Shown one piece after another: positions 37,347-48,584 of a stretch of 64,000 nt of DNA; within the stretch, counting starts at the first letter, position 1; every line of letters begins with the position of its first letter. Where the stretch lies: the NCBI GenBank assembly GCA_964540795.1, contig CAZINX010000004.1, forward strand, positions 2,041 through 66,040, given 5' to 3'. The notes below the pieces were generated by a model. That model was not told the DNA's origin and searched no databases. It worked only from the letters and a program-made list of their open reading frames with translations. A program made the translations under genes and the position numbers. Source of the stretch: an uncultured Hyphomicrobiaceae bacterium. Its GTDB lineage: Bacteria > Pseudomonadota > Alphaproteobacteria > Rhizobiales > Rhodomicrobiaceae.

Positions 37347-40300
37347 ATGGCCTCCGCCGTCGAGCCTCTTCCGAGTTCCAGCATGGACGATGTTCTCACG
37401 GCGCTCGACGCGATTGCGGCGTCCGGGAACATCACAGATACCGATAATCTGACGACCTTCACGCGGCTCCTCTACAGCGACCTCAACGAGGCCGACCTGC
37501 GCCAGTCGGATGCGCAGGCGCTGGCGGCGCTGGCGCGCGAGACCTTTGCGTTCTTTCATAAGCGCCAGCGCGGCACGCCAAATGCGCGCATCAGCCGCGC
37601 GCCGACCGGGCCGGGCGGGGCAACGCGGACCATCGTTCATATCGTCAACGACGACATGCCGTTCCTGGTCGACTCGGTACTCGGCGAGGTCATCGACCGC
37701 GGCCTGAAGCTCGACTGGATTGCCCACCCGATCCTGCATGTCGGGCGCGACCCGGACTGCCGCCTTCTCTATCTCGACGAGCACAAGGCGAAGGAGCCGC
37801 CTGTCGAGGAGATGCCGGAAGCCGGGCTGGAGAGCGTCATGGTCATCCAGCTTGAGGACATGCCGTCCGAGACCGAGCGCAATGTCCTGCAAAAGGCGAT
37901 CATCCAGACGCTTCATGACGTGCGCGCCGTCGTCGGCGACTGGAAGCCTATGATGGCGCGTTTCCGCGAAGCCGTCGAACGCTACAAGACCGGCAATCCG
38001 CCGGTGCCGGAGGATGAGCGCGCGGAGTCGATCCGCTTTCTGGAGTGGATTTCCGATCGCAACTTCGTCTTCCTCGGGATGCGGAACTACCGCTTCGAGC
38101 CGAACAGCGAACCGCCCGAGCTGGCGCCCGATCCCGAGTCCGGCATGGGCATCCTGCGCGACATCAACGCCAAGCTGCTGCGCCAGCCGGGAGAGGGGAC
38201 CAGTATGCGCTCCGAGGCGGTGGAGGTTTTCCTGCGCCCGGAGCCGCTCATCATCACCAAGGGCAATCTGCGCTCGCGCGTCCACCGGCGCGTGAACATG
38301 GATACGATCAGCATGAAGCTTTATGACCGGGAGGAGCATCCGGTCGGCGAAATCCGCGTTGCGGGCCTGTTCACCGCGTCGGCCTACACGCGCTCTGTCG
38401 AGGACATCCCGTTCCTGCGGCGCAAGGCCAAGCTTGTGCTCGACCGTTCGGGCTTCCCCGAGCAGAGCCATTCCTGGCGCGCGCTGCGCACCGTGCTCGA
38501 CACCTATCCGCGCGACGAGCTGTTCCAGATCGACGTGGATCAGCTTTTGTCCTTCGCCACTGAAATCCTCTCGCTCGAACTCAAGCCGAAGACCCGAGCT
38601 TTCGTGCGCTATGACACCTTCGGCCGGTTCGCCTCGGTGCTGATCTATGTCGCGCGCGACCGCTTCTCGACGGAAAAGCGCGTGCGCATCTGCGAGTATC
38701 TGGCGGAGGCGTTCGGCGGCGAGGTGACGAAGGCGACGCCATTCTTCACCAGCGCGCCGCTTGTGCGGCTGCACGTCATCGTCTGGCGCACCGGCGCCGA
38801 GCCGATCGGCCCCGCCCCGGCCGACCTCGAAGAACAGGTCGAAAATATCGTCCGCTCCTGGCGCGAGACGCTGCGCGACCGCCTGCGCGAAATCCATGGC
38901 GAGCGCGCGGGCGGCCTGATCGCGCGTTACAGCGATGCTTTCTCCGCGGGCTATGAAGAGTACAACTCCACTTACCGCGCGCTCGGCGACATCCAGAAGC
39001 TGGAAGAGTTGTGTCCCGAGTGCCCGATCACCGTGGAGTTCTGCAAGGACGAGAGTTGCGGCCCGACCCAGGTGCGTGTGAGCCTCTATCAGCTCGATGA
39101 GCCAATCTCGCTGAGCCGGCGCGTGCCGATCTTCGAGAACATGGGCTTTGCCGCCAGTTCGGAGCGCACCTTCACGGTCGAGCCGCAGATTGGCGGTGAG
39201 CGGCGCACGGTTTATCTGCACGACATCCTGCTGGAGCCGCGCACCGAGGGCGCAATCGAGATCGACGCCGTGCGCGAGCGGCTGGAAAACGGCTTCCTGC
39301 GCGTCTGGTATGGCGAGGCGGTGAACGACGCCTATAACGGCCTGATCCTGCGCGCCGGGCTGACATGGCGCGAGGCGGCCGTGTTCCGCGCTTACGGCTC
39401 CTATCTCCGCCAGATCGGCGCGCCGTTCGGCCAGGGCTATATGGCCGGTACGCTTCAGCGGCATCGCGACATCGCGCGCGATCTGATCGCAGTATTCCAC
39501 CGGCTTTTCGACCCCGGCCCGAACCCGGCCGAGGCTGAGGACCCCGACGCGCTCGCCGCGCGGATCGAGGACGCGCTCGACGCCGTCGCCAGCCTCGACG
39601 AGGACCGCATCCTGCGGCGCTTCCTGAACGTCATTCAGGCGACGATGCGCACAAACTTCTACCGCCACGGTCCGGTTGACGGCGGCCCGGCAACGATTGC
39701 CTTCAAGCTGGCGAGCAGGCAGATCGAGGGGCTGCCGCTGCCGCACCCCTACGCCGAGATTTTCGTGCATTCGCCGCGCGTGGAGGGCGTCCACTTGCGC
39801 AGCGGGCCGATCGCGCGCGGCGGTATCCGCTGGTCCGACCGGGCGCAGGACTTCCGCACCGAGGTGCTCGGGCTGGCCAAGGCGCAGCAGGTGAAGAACG
39901 CCGTGATCGTGCCGCAGGGCGCGAAGGGCGGCTTCTACCCGCGACAGATTCCGGCCGATGCAGGGCGCGAGGCGCGGATGGAAGAAGGCGTGGCCTGCTA
40001 CAAGCAGTTCATTTCCAGCCTGCTCTCCATCACCGACAACCTGAAGGAAGACCTTGTTATCCCGCCGGAGCGGGTGGTGCGCCGCGACGGCGATGACGCC
40101 TACCTCGTCGTGGCGGCGGACAAGGGCACAGCGACCTTCTCCGACATCGCCAACCAGATCGCGCAGGAAAACGACTTCTGGCTGGACGATGCTTTCGCGT
40201 CGGGCGGTTCGGCGGGCTATGACCACAAGAAGATGGGCATCACGGCGCGCGGCGCCTGGGAGGCGGTCAAGCGGCACTTCCGTGAGCTGAACCACGACAT

Positions 40301-42203
40301 TCAGAAAGAACCGTTCACCGCGATCGGGATCGGCGACATGTCAGGCGACGTGTTCGGCAACGGAATGCTGCTCTCCAAACAGACCCGGCTGCTCGCCGCC
40401 TTCGACCATCGGGACATCTTCATCGACCCCGATCCCGACCCGGTGACGAGTTGGGGGGAGCGCAAGCGCCTGTTCGATATCGCGCGGATCACCTGGCAGG
40501 ACTACGACCGCAGCAAGATCTCCAAGGGCGGGGGCGTGTTCAGCCGCAGCGCCAAGGCGATCCCGCTGACGCCGGAAATCCGCAAACTGACGGGGCTGGA
40601 GGCCGACGAGGTCACGCCCAACCAGCTCATCAATGCGATCCTGCGGATGCAGGCCGACCTGCTCTGGTTCGGCGGCATCGGCACGTTTGTCCGCGCCGCC
40701 AGCGAAACCAACGCCGACGTCAACGACCGCGCCAACGACGCCGTGCGCGTCACCGCGAGCGAGCTGCGTGTGCGGGTGATCGGCGAGGGCGCGAACCTGG
40801 GCATCACCCAGCGGGGGCGCATCCAGTTCGCCATGCGCGGCGGGCGCGTGAACACCGACGCGATAGACAATTCGGCGGGCGTCAACTCGTCGGACTTCGA
40901 GGTCAACATCAAGATCGCGCTGGGCAAGGCCGGGCGCGCCGGCAAGATCACCCGCGAAGAGCGCAACGACATCCTCGCCAGTATGACCGACGAAGTCGCG
41001 CATGACTGCCTGCGCAACAACTATCTGCAGACGCTGGCGATCAGCCTTGGCGCCCGGCGCGGGCTGGCCGATCTGGGCTTTCAGGCGCGGCTGATGGAGG
41101 CGCTGGAAGACAGCGGCCTCAACCGCGATGTGGAGGACCTGCCGAGCAACGCCGAAATCCGAGGCCGCAGCCAGCAGAACCAGCCGCTGACCCGGCCAGA
41201 GCTGGCGGTGCTGCTCGCCTGGGCGAAGATCGACCTGTATGACCGGCTGGTCGACTCCCCGGTCTGCCGCGACCCGCATCTCAGCTACGCGCTGCAGGAC
41301 TATTTCCCGGAGACGCTGCGCACCCGCTTCGCCGACGAAATCGAAGCGCACCCGCTGCGCCGCGAGATTATCGCCACGCAGCTCGCCAATGCGATCATCA
41401 ACCGGGGCGGCTCGACCTTCATCGTCCGGCTGGTGCAGGAGACGGGCAATTCCGCCGACGAGATCGCCTACGCCTTCGCGGCGGTGATGCAGAGCTACGG
41501 CTTCCGGCGGCTCTATGACGCCATCGACGCGATCGACAACCAGATCGACGGGATGCGCCAGCTCGATCTTTATCTCCTTCTGCAGAATGAAGTCCGGCGG
41601 CAAACCGCCTGGTTCCTGCGTCACGGTCGCTTTGAGCGCGGGCTGGAGCCGGTCATCTCGCGCTATCGCGACGGGATCGCGCGCATCTCCGACCATCTTG
41701 ACGCTGTGCTCCCGGCGGAACAGGCCCAGCACGTCAAGGTCACGCAGGCCGATTATGACGCGGCAGGCGTGCCGGAAAGCCTTGCCGGCAAGCTCGCCGA
41801 GCTGGGGCCGCTCGGTGACGCCCCGGACATCATTCTCACTGCCGAAGAAGGCGGCTATGATCTGCTGCAGACCGCGCGGGTGTATTATCAACTGTCCGGC
41901 TATTTCTGCATGGGGGCGCTGCGCCGCGTCGCGGAGGGGCTGGCGCAGACCGACTATTACGACCGGCTGGCGGTCAACACGACGATGGAGCTGGCGGCGG
42001 TGGCGCTGCGCGCGCTGACCCTGCGCATTCTGAATGAGGCGGAGATGCAGGCGACCGACCCGGATTTCGATGCCTGGTTCGAGCAGACGAGCGCGGCCGT
42101 ATCGCGGACGCGGGGCGGCATCGTTTCGCTGATCGAAGGCGGCGAGCCGTCGCTGGCGAAGCTGACCGTCGCCGTCGCGCAACTGCGTGATCTCGCCGGA
42201 TGA
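37347..42203 (+). CDS. gdhB: NAD-specific glutamate dehydrogenase, large (about 180 kDa) class
   Basis: It is 1618 aa from ATG 37347 (AGGAAG RBS). The length and blocks are typical of the large GDH family (GGIRWSDR, VPQGAKGGF, VVAADKGTATFSD, GITARGAWE, IGIGDMSGDVFGNGML). Confidence 0.9.
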   Translation: MASAVEPLPSSSMDDVLTALDAIAASGNITDTDNLTTFTRLLYSDLNEADLRQSDAQALAALARETFAFFHKRQRGTPNARISRAPTGPGGATRTIVHIVNDDMPFLVDSVLGEVIDRGLKLDWIAHPILHVGRDPDCRLLYLDEHKAKEPPVEEMPEAGLESVMVIQLEDMPSETERNVLQKAIIQTLHDVRAVVGDWKPMMARFREAVERYKTGNPPVPEDERAESIRFLEWISDRNFVFLGMRNYRFEPNSEPPELAPDPESGMGILRDINAKLLRQPGEGTSMRSEAVEVFLRPEPLIITKGNLRSRVHRRVNMDTISMKLYDREEHPVGEIRVAGLFTASAYTRSVEDIPFLRRKAKLVLDRSGFPEQSHSWRALRTVLDTYPRDELFQIDVDQLLSFATEILSLELKPKTRAFVRYDTFGRFASVLIYVARDRFSTEKRVRICEYLAEAFGGEVTKATPFFTSAPLVRLHVIVWRTGAEPIGPAPADLEEQVENIVRSWRETLRDRLREIHGERAGGLIARYSDAFSAGYEEYNSTYRALGDIQKLEELCPECPITVEFCKDESCGPTQVRVSLYQLDEPISLSRRVPIFENMGFAASSERTFTVEPQIGGERRTVYLHDILLEPRTEGAIEIDAVRERLENGFLRVWYGEAVNDAYNGLILRAGLTWREAAVFRAYGSYLRQIGAPFGQGYMAGTLQRHRDIARDLIAVFHRLFDPGPNPAEAEDPDALAARIEDALDAVASLDEDRILRRFLNVIQATMRTNFYRHGPVDGGPATIAFKLASRQIEGLPLPHPYAEIFVHSPRVEGVHLRSGPIARGGIRWSDRAQDFRTEVLGLAKAQQVKNAVIVPQGAKGGFYPRQIPADAGREARMEEGVACYKQFISSLLSITDNLKEDLVIPPERVVRRDGDDAYLVVAADKGTATFSDIANQIAQENDFWLDDAFASGGSAGYDHKKMGITARGAWEAVKRHFRELNHDIQKEPFTAIGIGDMSGDVFGNGMLLSKQTRLLAAFDHRDIFIDPDPDPVTSWGERKRLFDIARITWQDYDRSKISKGGGVFSRSAKAIPLTPEIRKLTGLEADEVTPNQLINAILRMQADLLWFGGIGTFVRAASETNADVNDRANDAVRVTASELRVRVIGEGANLGITQRGRIQFAMRGGRVNTDAIDNSAGVNSSDFEVNIKIALGKAGRAGKITREERNDILASMTDEVAHDCLRNNYLQTLAISLGARRGLADLGFQARLMEALEDSGLNRDVEDLPSNAEIRGRSQQNQPLTRPELAVLLAWAKIDLYDRLVDSPVCRDPHLSYALQDYFPETLRTRFADEIEAHPLRREIIATQLANAIINRGGSTFIVRLVQETGNSADEIAYAFAAVMQSYGFRRLYDAIDAIDNQIDGMRQLDLYLLLQNEVRRQTAWFLRHGRFERGLEPVISRYRDGIARISDHLDAVLPAEQAQHVKVTQADYDAAGVPESLAGKLAELGPLGDAPDIILTAEEGGYDLLQTARVYYQLSGYFCMGALRRVAEGLAQTDYYDRLAVNTTMELAAVALRALTLRILNEAEMQATDPDFDAWFEQTSAAVSRTRGGIVSLIEGGEPSLAKLTVAVAQLRDLAG

Positions 42204-43588
42204 GCAGCGTGGCCGAAAGCGCCGCGCCCGCGCAGACCCGCGCCAGCCCGAAAGGAATCGGCGGCTGGGTGCTGTTCGACTGGGCCGCGCAGCCGTTCTA
42301 CACGCTCATAACCACCTTTCTGTTCGCGCCCTATTTCGTGCAAGGCTTCATGACCGATCCGGTCGCCGGGCAGTCGCTCTGGGGCTTCGTGACGGCCGCG
42401 GCGGGCGTCGCGGTCGCGCTGCTCAGCCCCATGCTCGGCGCGATGGCCGATGCCAGCGGGCGGCTGAAGCCCTGGATTTTCGGCTGGTCGGTGGTGTTCA
42501 TCGCGGCGCAGGCGGCGCTGTGGTTCGCGGCGCCGGGCGATATGGGCGCGCTGCCGCTCATCATTACGGCCATTGTCGCGGCAATCCTGGCGGCGGAGTT
42601 CTCCACGGTGCTGACCAACGCGATGATGCCCTCGCTGGTCGGGCCGCGCGCGCAGGGGCGGCTGTCGGGTTTCGGCTGGGCGGCGGGTTATGCCGGGGGG
42701 CTGCTGGCGCTGGTAATTTTCGCAGCGTTTCTGCTGGTACAGGATGGGGCGGACGAGACGCTGCTCGGCTTCGCGCCGCTGCTGCCGCTCGACCCCGAAG
42801 CGGGCGAGGGCGCGCGCTTCACCGGGCCGTTCGCAGCGGTGTGGTATCTCATTTTCGTGGTGCCGCTGTTCCTGTTCACGCCGGATTTGCGCGGGCCAAA
42901 GCACGCGCTCTCCGCCGCAGCGCGCAGCGGCTGGCGCGAGTTCGGGCGCACGGTGCGCAATGTCTGGAAATACAAGAACGTCGTACGCTTCCTGTTTGCC
43001 CGGCTGCTCTACACCGACGGGCTTTCTGCGATCTTTGCGTTTGGCGGCATTTACGCGGTGTCGGTTTTCGGCTGGGGCTCGGCGACGCTCGGGCTGTTCG
43101 GCATCGTGCTTGCCGCGACCGCGGGGATCGGGGCGGCGCTCGGCGGCGTCTTGGACGACCGTGTCGGCGCGAAGCCGGTGATCCTCGCGGCGCTGCTTTT
43201 GCTCATCACCGGATCGGTCGGCGCGCTGTCCATCGATCGCGACTCCGTGCTGTTCGTCGTGCCCATCGCGGGCGGCCCGGAGCCGGGCGGGCTGGCCAGC
43301 TTCGCGGAGCAGGCCTATCTGGGCTTTGCCATCCTCATCGGGCTGGCAGCCGGGCCGCTGCAATCGGCCAGCCGCAGCTTCATGGCGCGCATCGCCCCGC
43401 CCGACAAGTCGGCGGAGTTCTTCGGGCTTTACGCGTTCTCCGGGAAAATCACAGCCTTCGCCGCGCCGCTTCTGGTCGCGGGCGTGACCGTGCTCAGCGA
43501 CAGCCAGCGCATCGGCATCGCCAGCATCGGCGTGTTCCTGGTCGCAGGCTTCATCGCCATGCTGTTTGTCAAGCCCGCCTCTCGGTAA
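42200..43588 (+). CDS. MFS transporter, UMF1 (Atg22-like) family
   Basis: 462 aa. The N-terminal block is [25 protein letters not shown]. Its ATG overlaps the gdhB TGA in an ATGA. Confidence 0.85.
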   Translation: MSSVAESAAPAQTRASPKGIGGWVLFDWAAQPFYTLITTFLFAPYFVQGFMTDPVAGQSLWGFVTAAAGVAVALLSPMLGAMADASGRLKPWIFGWSVVFIAAQAALWFAAPGDMGALPLIITAIVAAILAAEFSTVLTNAMMPSLVGPRAQGRLSGFGWAAGYAGGLLALVIFAAFLLVQDGADETLLGFAPLLPLDPEAGEGARFTGPFAAVWYLIFVVPLFLFTPDLRGPKHALSAAARSGWREFGRTVRNVWKYKNVVRFLFARLLYTDGLSAIFAFGGIYAVSVFGWGSATLGLFGIVLAATAGIGAALGGVLDDRVGAKPVILAALLLLITGSVGALSIDRDSVLFVVPIAGGPEPGGLASFAEQAYLGFAILIGLAAGPLQSASRSFMARIAPPDKSAEFFGLYAFSGKITAFAAPLLVAGVTVLSDSQRIGIASIGVFLVAGFIAMLFVKPASR

Positions 43589-43610
43589 TTCGCTTTGTGA
43601 AATAATCATC

Positions 43611-43697
43611 GTCATTGCGAGCGAAGCGACGCAATCCAGCCACGGGATGCCGACTTGTGCGGCTGGATTGCTTCAGCCCGTTGGGCTTCGCAAAGAC
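43611..43697. repeat. REP-type palindromic element (GTCATTGCGAGCGAAGCG family)
   Basis: The sequence is GTCATTGCGAGCGAAGCGACGCAATCCAGCC...GGCTGGATTGCTTC...GCTTCGCAAAGAC. It has nested inverted repeats and lies between the convergent MFS and purH genes. Confidence 0.8.
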
Positions 43698-43714
43698 AGA
43701 CGTCGTCGGGCCGC

Positions 43715-45337
43715 TCAATGGCGGAAGTGGCGCATCCCGGTGAACACCATCGTCACGCCGTGCGCGTCCGCCGCAGCGATCACCTCATCATCGCGCTGGC
43801 TCCCGCCCGGCTGGATCACGGCCTTCGCGCCGGCCTTCACCGTCTCCAGCAGACCGTCGGCGAACGGGAAGAACGCATCCGACGCCGCAACCATCCCCCG
43901 CGGCATCTCCGTGGCCTGCGGCATCTCGTTGGCAAGCCCGGACTCGCGCTTGGCGCGCGCGGCGTCCTCCGCCTTGTGCGCGGCGATGCGCGCCGAGTCG
44001 ACCCGGCTCATCTGCCCCGCGCCGATGCCGACCGTCGCGCCGTCGCGCGCATAGACGATCGCGTTCGACTTCACATGCTTGCAGACGCGGAAGGCGAAGA
44101 TCAGATCAGCCAATTCCTGCTCGCTCGGCGTGCGCTTTGTGACCACCCGCACATCGTCCGGCCCGATGCGCCCGTTGTCCCGCGTCTGGACCAGCAGCCC
44201 GCCCGCGACGCTGCGCAGATGTAGGCCCTCCGCGGCGGGGTCCGGCAGATCACCAGCCAGGAGCAGGCGGACATTCTTCTTTTGCGCGATGATGTCGAGC
44301 GCCGCCTGGTCCGCATCGGGCGCGATGATGACCTCGGTGAAAATCTCCATCATCTTCGCGGCCGCTTCGGCGTCGAGCGTGCGGTTGGCCGCGATGATCC
44401 CGCCGAATGCGCTCACCCGGTCGCTCATCAGCGCCTTGTCATAGGCTTCGGCCACCGTCTCGCCCAGCGCAACGCCACAGGGGTTGGCGTGCTTGATGAT
44501 CGCCACGGCCGCGCTGTCCGCCGGGTCAAACTCCGCGACAAGCTCATAGGCCGCGTCGGTGTCGTTGATGTTGTTGTAGCTCAGTTCCTTGCCCTGCACC
44601 TGCCGGGCGGTCGCGATGCCTGGGCGCGCGGGCGAGGTGCCGCCGACATAAAACGCTGCATTCTGGTGCGCGTTCTCGCCGTAGCGCAGCGTCTGCTTGT
44701 GTTCGCCGGAGAAGCTGCGCCATTTCGGTTCCTTCTCGCCGATCTGCTCGGCGAACCAGGCGCTGACGGCGGCATCGTAGGCGGCGGTGCGCGCATAGGC
44801 CTTCGCGGCCAGCGCGCGGCGTGTCCTGGCGCGGACATGGCCGTGCTGGCGCATCTCGTCGAGGACGAGCGGATAGTCGGCTGGATCGACCACCACTGTC
44901 ACATGCGCATGGTTCTTCGCCGCCGCGCGGATCATCGCCGGGCCGCCGATGTCGATATTCTCGATGCAGGCGTCGAAATCCCCGCCCTGCGCGACCGTCT
45001 GCGCGAAGGGGTAGAGGTTCACCGCCAGCAGATCGATCGGCGCGATGCCGTGCGTGTCCATTGCCTGGGCGTGCTGCGGGTTGTTCCGCTCTGCCAGCAG
45101 GCCGCCATGCACCTTCGGGTGCAGCGTCTTCACCCGGCCATCCATGATCTCGGGAAAGTTGGTCACCTCCGAAATGTCATGGACGCTCAGGTTGTTTTCG
45201 CGCAGCAGCGATGCCGTGCCGCCTGTGGAGATCAGCTCGACGCGCAGGCCGGCGAGTTCGCGGGCGAAGTCGACCACGCCCGTCTTGTCGGAGACGGAAA
45301 TCAGGGCGCGGCGGATAACGGGTTCGGTGTCAGGCAT
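43715..45337 (-). CDS. purH: bifunctional AICAR transformylase / IMP cyclohydrolase
   Basis: The start is ATG 45337 ([21 protein letters not shown]...). The C-terminus is [11 protein letters not shown]. Confidence 0.95.
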   Translation of the reverse strand: MPDTEPVIRRALISVSDKTGVVDFARELAGLRVELISTGGTASLLRENNLSVHDISEVTNFPEIMDGRVKTLHPKVHGGLLAERNNPQHAQAMDTHGIAPIDLLAVNLYPFAQTVAQGGDFDACIENIDIGGPAMIRAAAKNHAHVTVVVDPADYPLVLDEMRQHGHVRARTRRALAAKAYARTAAYDAAVSAWFAEQIGEKEPKWRSFSGEHKQTLRYGENAHQNAAFYVGGTSPARPGIATARQVQGKELSYNNINDTDAAYELVAEFDPADSAAVAIIKHANPCGVALGETVAEAYDKALMSDRVSAFGGIIAANRTLDAEAAAKMMEIFTEVIIAPDADQAALDIIAQKKNVRLLLAGDLPDPAAEGLHLRSVAGGLLVQTRDNGRIGPDDVRVVTKRTPSEQELADLIFAFRVCKHVKSNAIVYARDGATVGIGAGQMSRVDSARIAAHKAEDAARAKRESGLANEMPQATEMPRGMVAASDAFFPFADGLLETVKAGAKAVIQPGGSQRDDEVIAAADAHGVTMVFTGMRHFRH

Positions 45338-45380
45338 GTGCGGTTCCGGCAATGGCTGTGTCCGCCGCCGGCCGCGCGCC

Positions 45381-47114
45381 TCACTCGAAGGGGCTGGGCC
45401 TGGCCGGCGCGGACGTGGTTTTTTGAAAGCTCCATTCCACGTTGGGCGGCGGATAGCAAGGGCCTGTCAACACGATCTGCAGGCAGCGCCGGCGAAAGAT
45501 CGGGTCGGCCAGGAAGATGCTTTCCTCGATTTCCAGCGTCGCGCCCCTGGCCGAAAACTGCCAGCGTTCGCCATTCGGCAGCATCAGCGCGACGCCGCGT
45601 TCATCCGGCAACAGGCTCACCTTGACGCGCGGATGCAGATGGAAGCGGATGGCGAACATCGCATCGGCCGAGGCGGCCGTGGCGCTCTTGCGCGGGTCGA
45701 GAAGCTGATCGACGCCATCCAGACGATCCCCGTCATTAGACAGCTTCAGCAGGCGCTGATGCAAGAGGCCAAAGCGATCGCGGTAACCATCGTGTGCGCC
45801 GCGCAGCGTGACCTGTGCGTCGCCGATGGAGATTTCGCTGCGCACCGCCTTGGGGTTGGACAGCAGATAGATTTCTCGCGGGGGCTGGAGCAACTGGCGC
45901 TTGATGAGCCGGGAGGAGGAGGCGTCGTTGATCGTGAGGGTGGAGTGCGCGGCGGTGGCGCGCGAGACGATGTGCCACTCGCTCTCCTCGTCGCCCGGCG
46001 CCCCGCAGTTGACGACGATCTCATTCTCGCCGGAGCTGAACTCGAAGGCCAGGCAGCCGGCGCAAGCGCCCTCGCTGGCCGAGAGCGGCGGCGGCTCGCC
46101 CACATCGGTAATCACGACGGCCTCGCCCTTCGCCAGCCGCGCATACCCGGATTTGGTCATCAGGTTTTCCGCCGGCGCGAGCGAGTCGTCATAGGCGAGG
46201 ATGTTGGCGATCTCATCAACGCGCGTGGCCGCCATGCCGTTGAAGCGCGCGAGCGCGCCGTTGCCCAGCCGCATGAAGCGCAACATCGGCGCCATGCGCG
46301 CGATCGCCTCGTTCAGCGCCTCGGGCACATCGAAGCCGCGGCTGACGAAGCATTGCCGCAGAGGCAGCAGATCGAGCAGGATGTCGACGATCGCGCCGGG
46401 GTTGCGCGAGACATGCGCGCCATCGGGCAGGATTTGCCGGTCCAGCTCCGAGGCGAGCGAGGGCGTGTAGGACGCCAGATGTGATTCGAACTCCGCAACG
46501 CACAGCGTCGCCAGCGTGGACGCGATCAACGCGCGAAGGCGGGCGACGTTCTGGCCCTCGTCACGTCCGCTGAGCGAGAGCGTATGCAGCTGCCGCGTTA
46601 GTCCGGCCATGTAGGCGTCATAGAAATCCGCGTCGGCGCGTTCGAGCACGAAGCCGGCATGGGACAGCCACGCGATCAGCCGGCGCGCGGCGATGTCCGT
46701 TTCCCATGCGAAGTCGGGGGCGCGCGCGCCGAGCGCAAGCCAGTCGCGAATCAGGGCGCGGGCCCGCTCACGGGCGACGTCGTCCTGCGCCGCGTGAAGG
46801 TGGCGCAGCCAGCTGAAGGCGTGCAACTCCCGCAACCAGGGCTGCGAGGGCGGGCGCACCTCGAACGGCGATTGCGACCCGATGGGCGCGACCGCGCCGG
46901 CCAGACCGAAATACCCGTCATACATCTCCGCCGATAGCGAGGGGTCGGCGGTGCGCAGGTCTTGCGGAATAAGCACGAACTGGTACGCCGCGGGCGGTCC
47001 GGCGACCCATCGCAGCGGCGCGGAGCCGATCACGGTTTTCATCGCGGCGCGCCCCGCGTGTGAGGCGGCCATTGCGGCCAGGCGCATTTTCTCGGTCATG
47101 TCGTTAGTAGCCAT
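45381..47114 (-). CDS. heparinase II/III family protein
   Basis: 577 aa. The assignment comes from recalled family features and the conserved position between purH and rsmB in alphaproteobacteria. Confidence 0.7.
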   Translation of the reverse strand: MATNDMTEKMRLAAMAASHAGRAAMKTVIGSAPLRWVAGPPAAYQFVLIPQDLRTADPSLSAEMYDGYFGLAGAVAPIGSQSPFEVRPPSQPWLRELHAFSWLRHLHAAQDDVARERARALIRDWLALGARAPDFAWETDIAARRLIAWLSHAGFVLERADADFYDAYMAGLTRQLHTLSLSGRDEGQNVARLRALIASTLATLCVAEFESHLASYTPSLASELDRQILPDGAHVSRNPGAIVDILLDLLPLRQCFVSRGFDVPEALNEAIARMAPMLRFMRLGNGALARFNGMAATRVDEIANILAYDDSLAPAENLMTKSGYARLAKGEAVVITDVGEPPPLSASEGACAGCLAFEFSSGENEIVVNCGAPGDEESEWHIVSRATAAHSTLTINDASSSRLIKRQLLQPPREIYLLSNPKAVRSEISIGDAQVTLRGAHDGYRDRFGLLHQRLLKLSNDGDRLDGVDQLLDPRKSATAASADAMFAIRFHLHPRVKVSLLPDERGVALMLPNGERWQFSARGATLEIEESIFLADPIFRRRCLQIVLTGPCYPPPNVEWSFQKTTSAPARPSPFE

Positions 47115-47201
47115 GACGGGGCGGCTTCGACGTTTTTTGATTGCTCGAACTATATCTTCCCACCCCTTCGCGGCGGAATAGAGACGCGGCGTAGCCTTCG
47201 A

Positions 47202-48554
47202 TTATGCACGGGTCTTGCACAACCGCGCGACGAAAAACCCGTCGATGCCGCTCATGGCCGGGGCTTCCGCCGGGAATTGGTGCGGCAGCGTGCGGATGAC
47301 GCCGGGCGGGCGAACCCATTCCGGCCGCGCGCCAAGCGGGGCGGGGTCGATCGGCTCTAGCGTGAGGTCGTCGCGCCGGGCCAGCAGGCGCTCGATCTGG
47401 TCGTAGCCCTCCTCCGGCTCCAGAGAGCAGGTGCAATAGACGAGAACGCCGCCGGGACGCAGCATCGCGACCGCATTGTCGAGCAGGCGCATTTGCAGAC
47501 CGGCGAGTTTTTCCAGGTCGGCGGGACGTTTGAGGTGCGAGATATCCGGGTGGCGGCGAATCGTGCCGGTGGCGGTGCAGGGCGCGTCGAGCAGGACGGC
47601 GTCAAAGGGCGCGTCTGGCCGCCATTCGGTGGCGTCGGCGGCGACCGTTTCCGCCTCCAGGTTCAGCCGCGCAAGGTTCTCGCGCAGGCGCTCCAGCCGC
47701 TTGGCGGACTGATCGACCGCGACCACGTGCGCCCCGGCTTGGGCCAGCTGCGCGGTCTTGCCGCCCGGCGCGGCGCACAGGTCGGCCACGCGCCGCCCAG
47801 CCATATCCCCGAGCACGCGCGCAGGCAGCGCCGCCGCGGCGTCCTGCACCCACCATGCGCCCTCGTCATAACCCGCCAGCGCCTCGATCCGGCCGCGGGC
47901 CGCGAGCCTTACGGTTCCCGTCGGCAGCGCCACCCCGCCGAGCCGCGCAGCCCAACCGTCGGGCTCGGCTTTCACGGTGAGGTCGAGAGGCGGCTCGATC
48001 AGGTGCTGCGCGGCGATCGCGTGGGCGGTTGCCTTGCCGTAATGCGCGGCCCAGCGGTCCCACAGCCAGTCCGGCGTGTTCAGCCGGGCGGCGTCCTGCG
48101 CCGCGATGATCTCGGCGCCCGCGCCGGCGACGCGCCGCAGCACGGCATTGGCGAGCGAACCGAAGCGGCGGGCGCTCCGGTCGCGCCGGGTTTGCTCCAC
48201 GGCGATGTTGATGACGGCGTGCGCAGGCGTTTCCATGAAGAGAAGCTGCGCTCCGGCCGTCAGCAGGATTTCGTCGAGCAGCCCGCGGTTGTCGGGCAGC
48301 GGCGTGGTGATGAACCGCGCGAGCGAGTCGTCGATCTGGCCCTTGCGGCGCAGCACCGTGCTGACCATCGCGCGGACGAAGGCGCGGTCGTTCGGCGCAA
48401 GCGGCGGCTCCGCCCGGTCGAGCAGGCCCAGCGCCTCGTCGAGCGGCTGATGCTTGGCGAGGACCTGCCGGAGGATGCGCGCGCAGAGATCGCGCGTGTC
48501 AAAGCCCGAGGGCGGGGCAGACGCCCCGGATTTTCGCTTGGTCGCTTGGCTCAC
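47202..48554 (-). CDS. rsmB: RsmB/NOP-family 16S rRNA m5C methyltransferase
   Basis: 450 aa. The SAM motif is VADLCAAPGGKT. The catalytic region is DAVLLDAPCTATGTIRRHPD...LVYCTCS. Confidence 0.8.
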   Translation of the reverse strand: MSQATKRKSGASAPPSGFDTRDLCARILRQVLAKHQPLDEALGLLDRAEPPLAPNDRAFVRAMVSTVLRRKGQIDDSLARFITTPLPDNRGLLDEILLTAGAQLLFMETPAHAVINIAVEQTRRDRSARRFGSLANAVLRRVAGAGAEIIAAQDAARLNTPDWLWDRWAAHYGKATAHAIAAQHLIEPPLDLTVKAEPDGWAARLGGVALPTGTVRLAARGRIEALAGYDEGAWWVQDAAAALPARVLGDMAGRRVADLCAAPGGKTAQLAQAGAHVVAVDQSAKRLERLRENLARLNLEAETVAADATEWRPDAPFDAVLLDAPCTATGTIRRHPDISHLKRPADLEKLAGLQMRLLDNAVAMLRPGGVLVYCTCSLEPEEGYDQIERLLARRDDLTLEPIDPAPLGARPEWVRPPGVIRTLPHQFPAEAPAMSGIDGFFVARLCKTRA

Positions 48555-48584
48555 AGGTGTCGCGCCCTGACCGGCGCTGTTCGC

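Noticed and set aside
37272-42182. Two very long ORFs (1007 aa and 613 aa) lie antisense to the glutamate dehydrogenase gene.
   Set aside because: Their translations are Arg/Ala/Gly/Asp/His-rich low-complexity strings with no recognisable motifs. The sense frame is an unmistakable large NAD-GDH. Long stop-free shadow frames are expected opposite high-GC3 genes, and antisense ORFs of this particular gene are a known annotation artefact.
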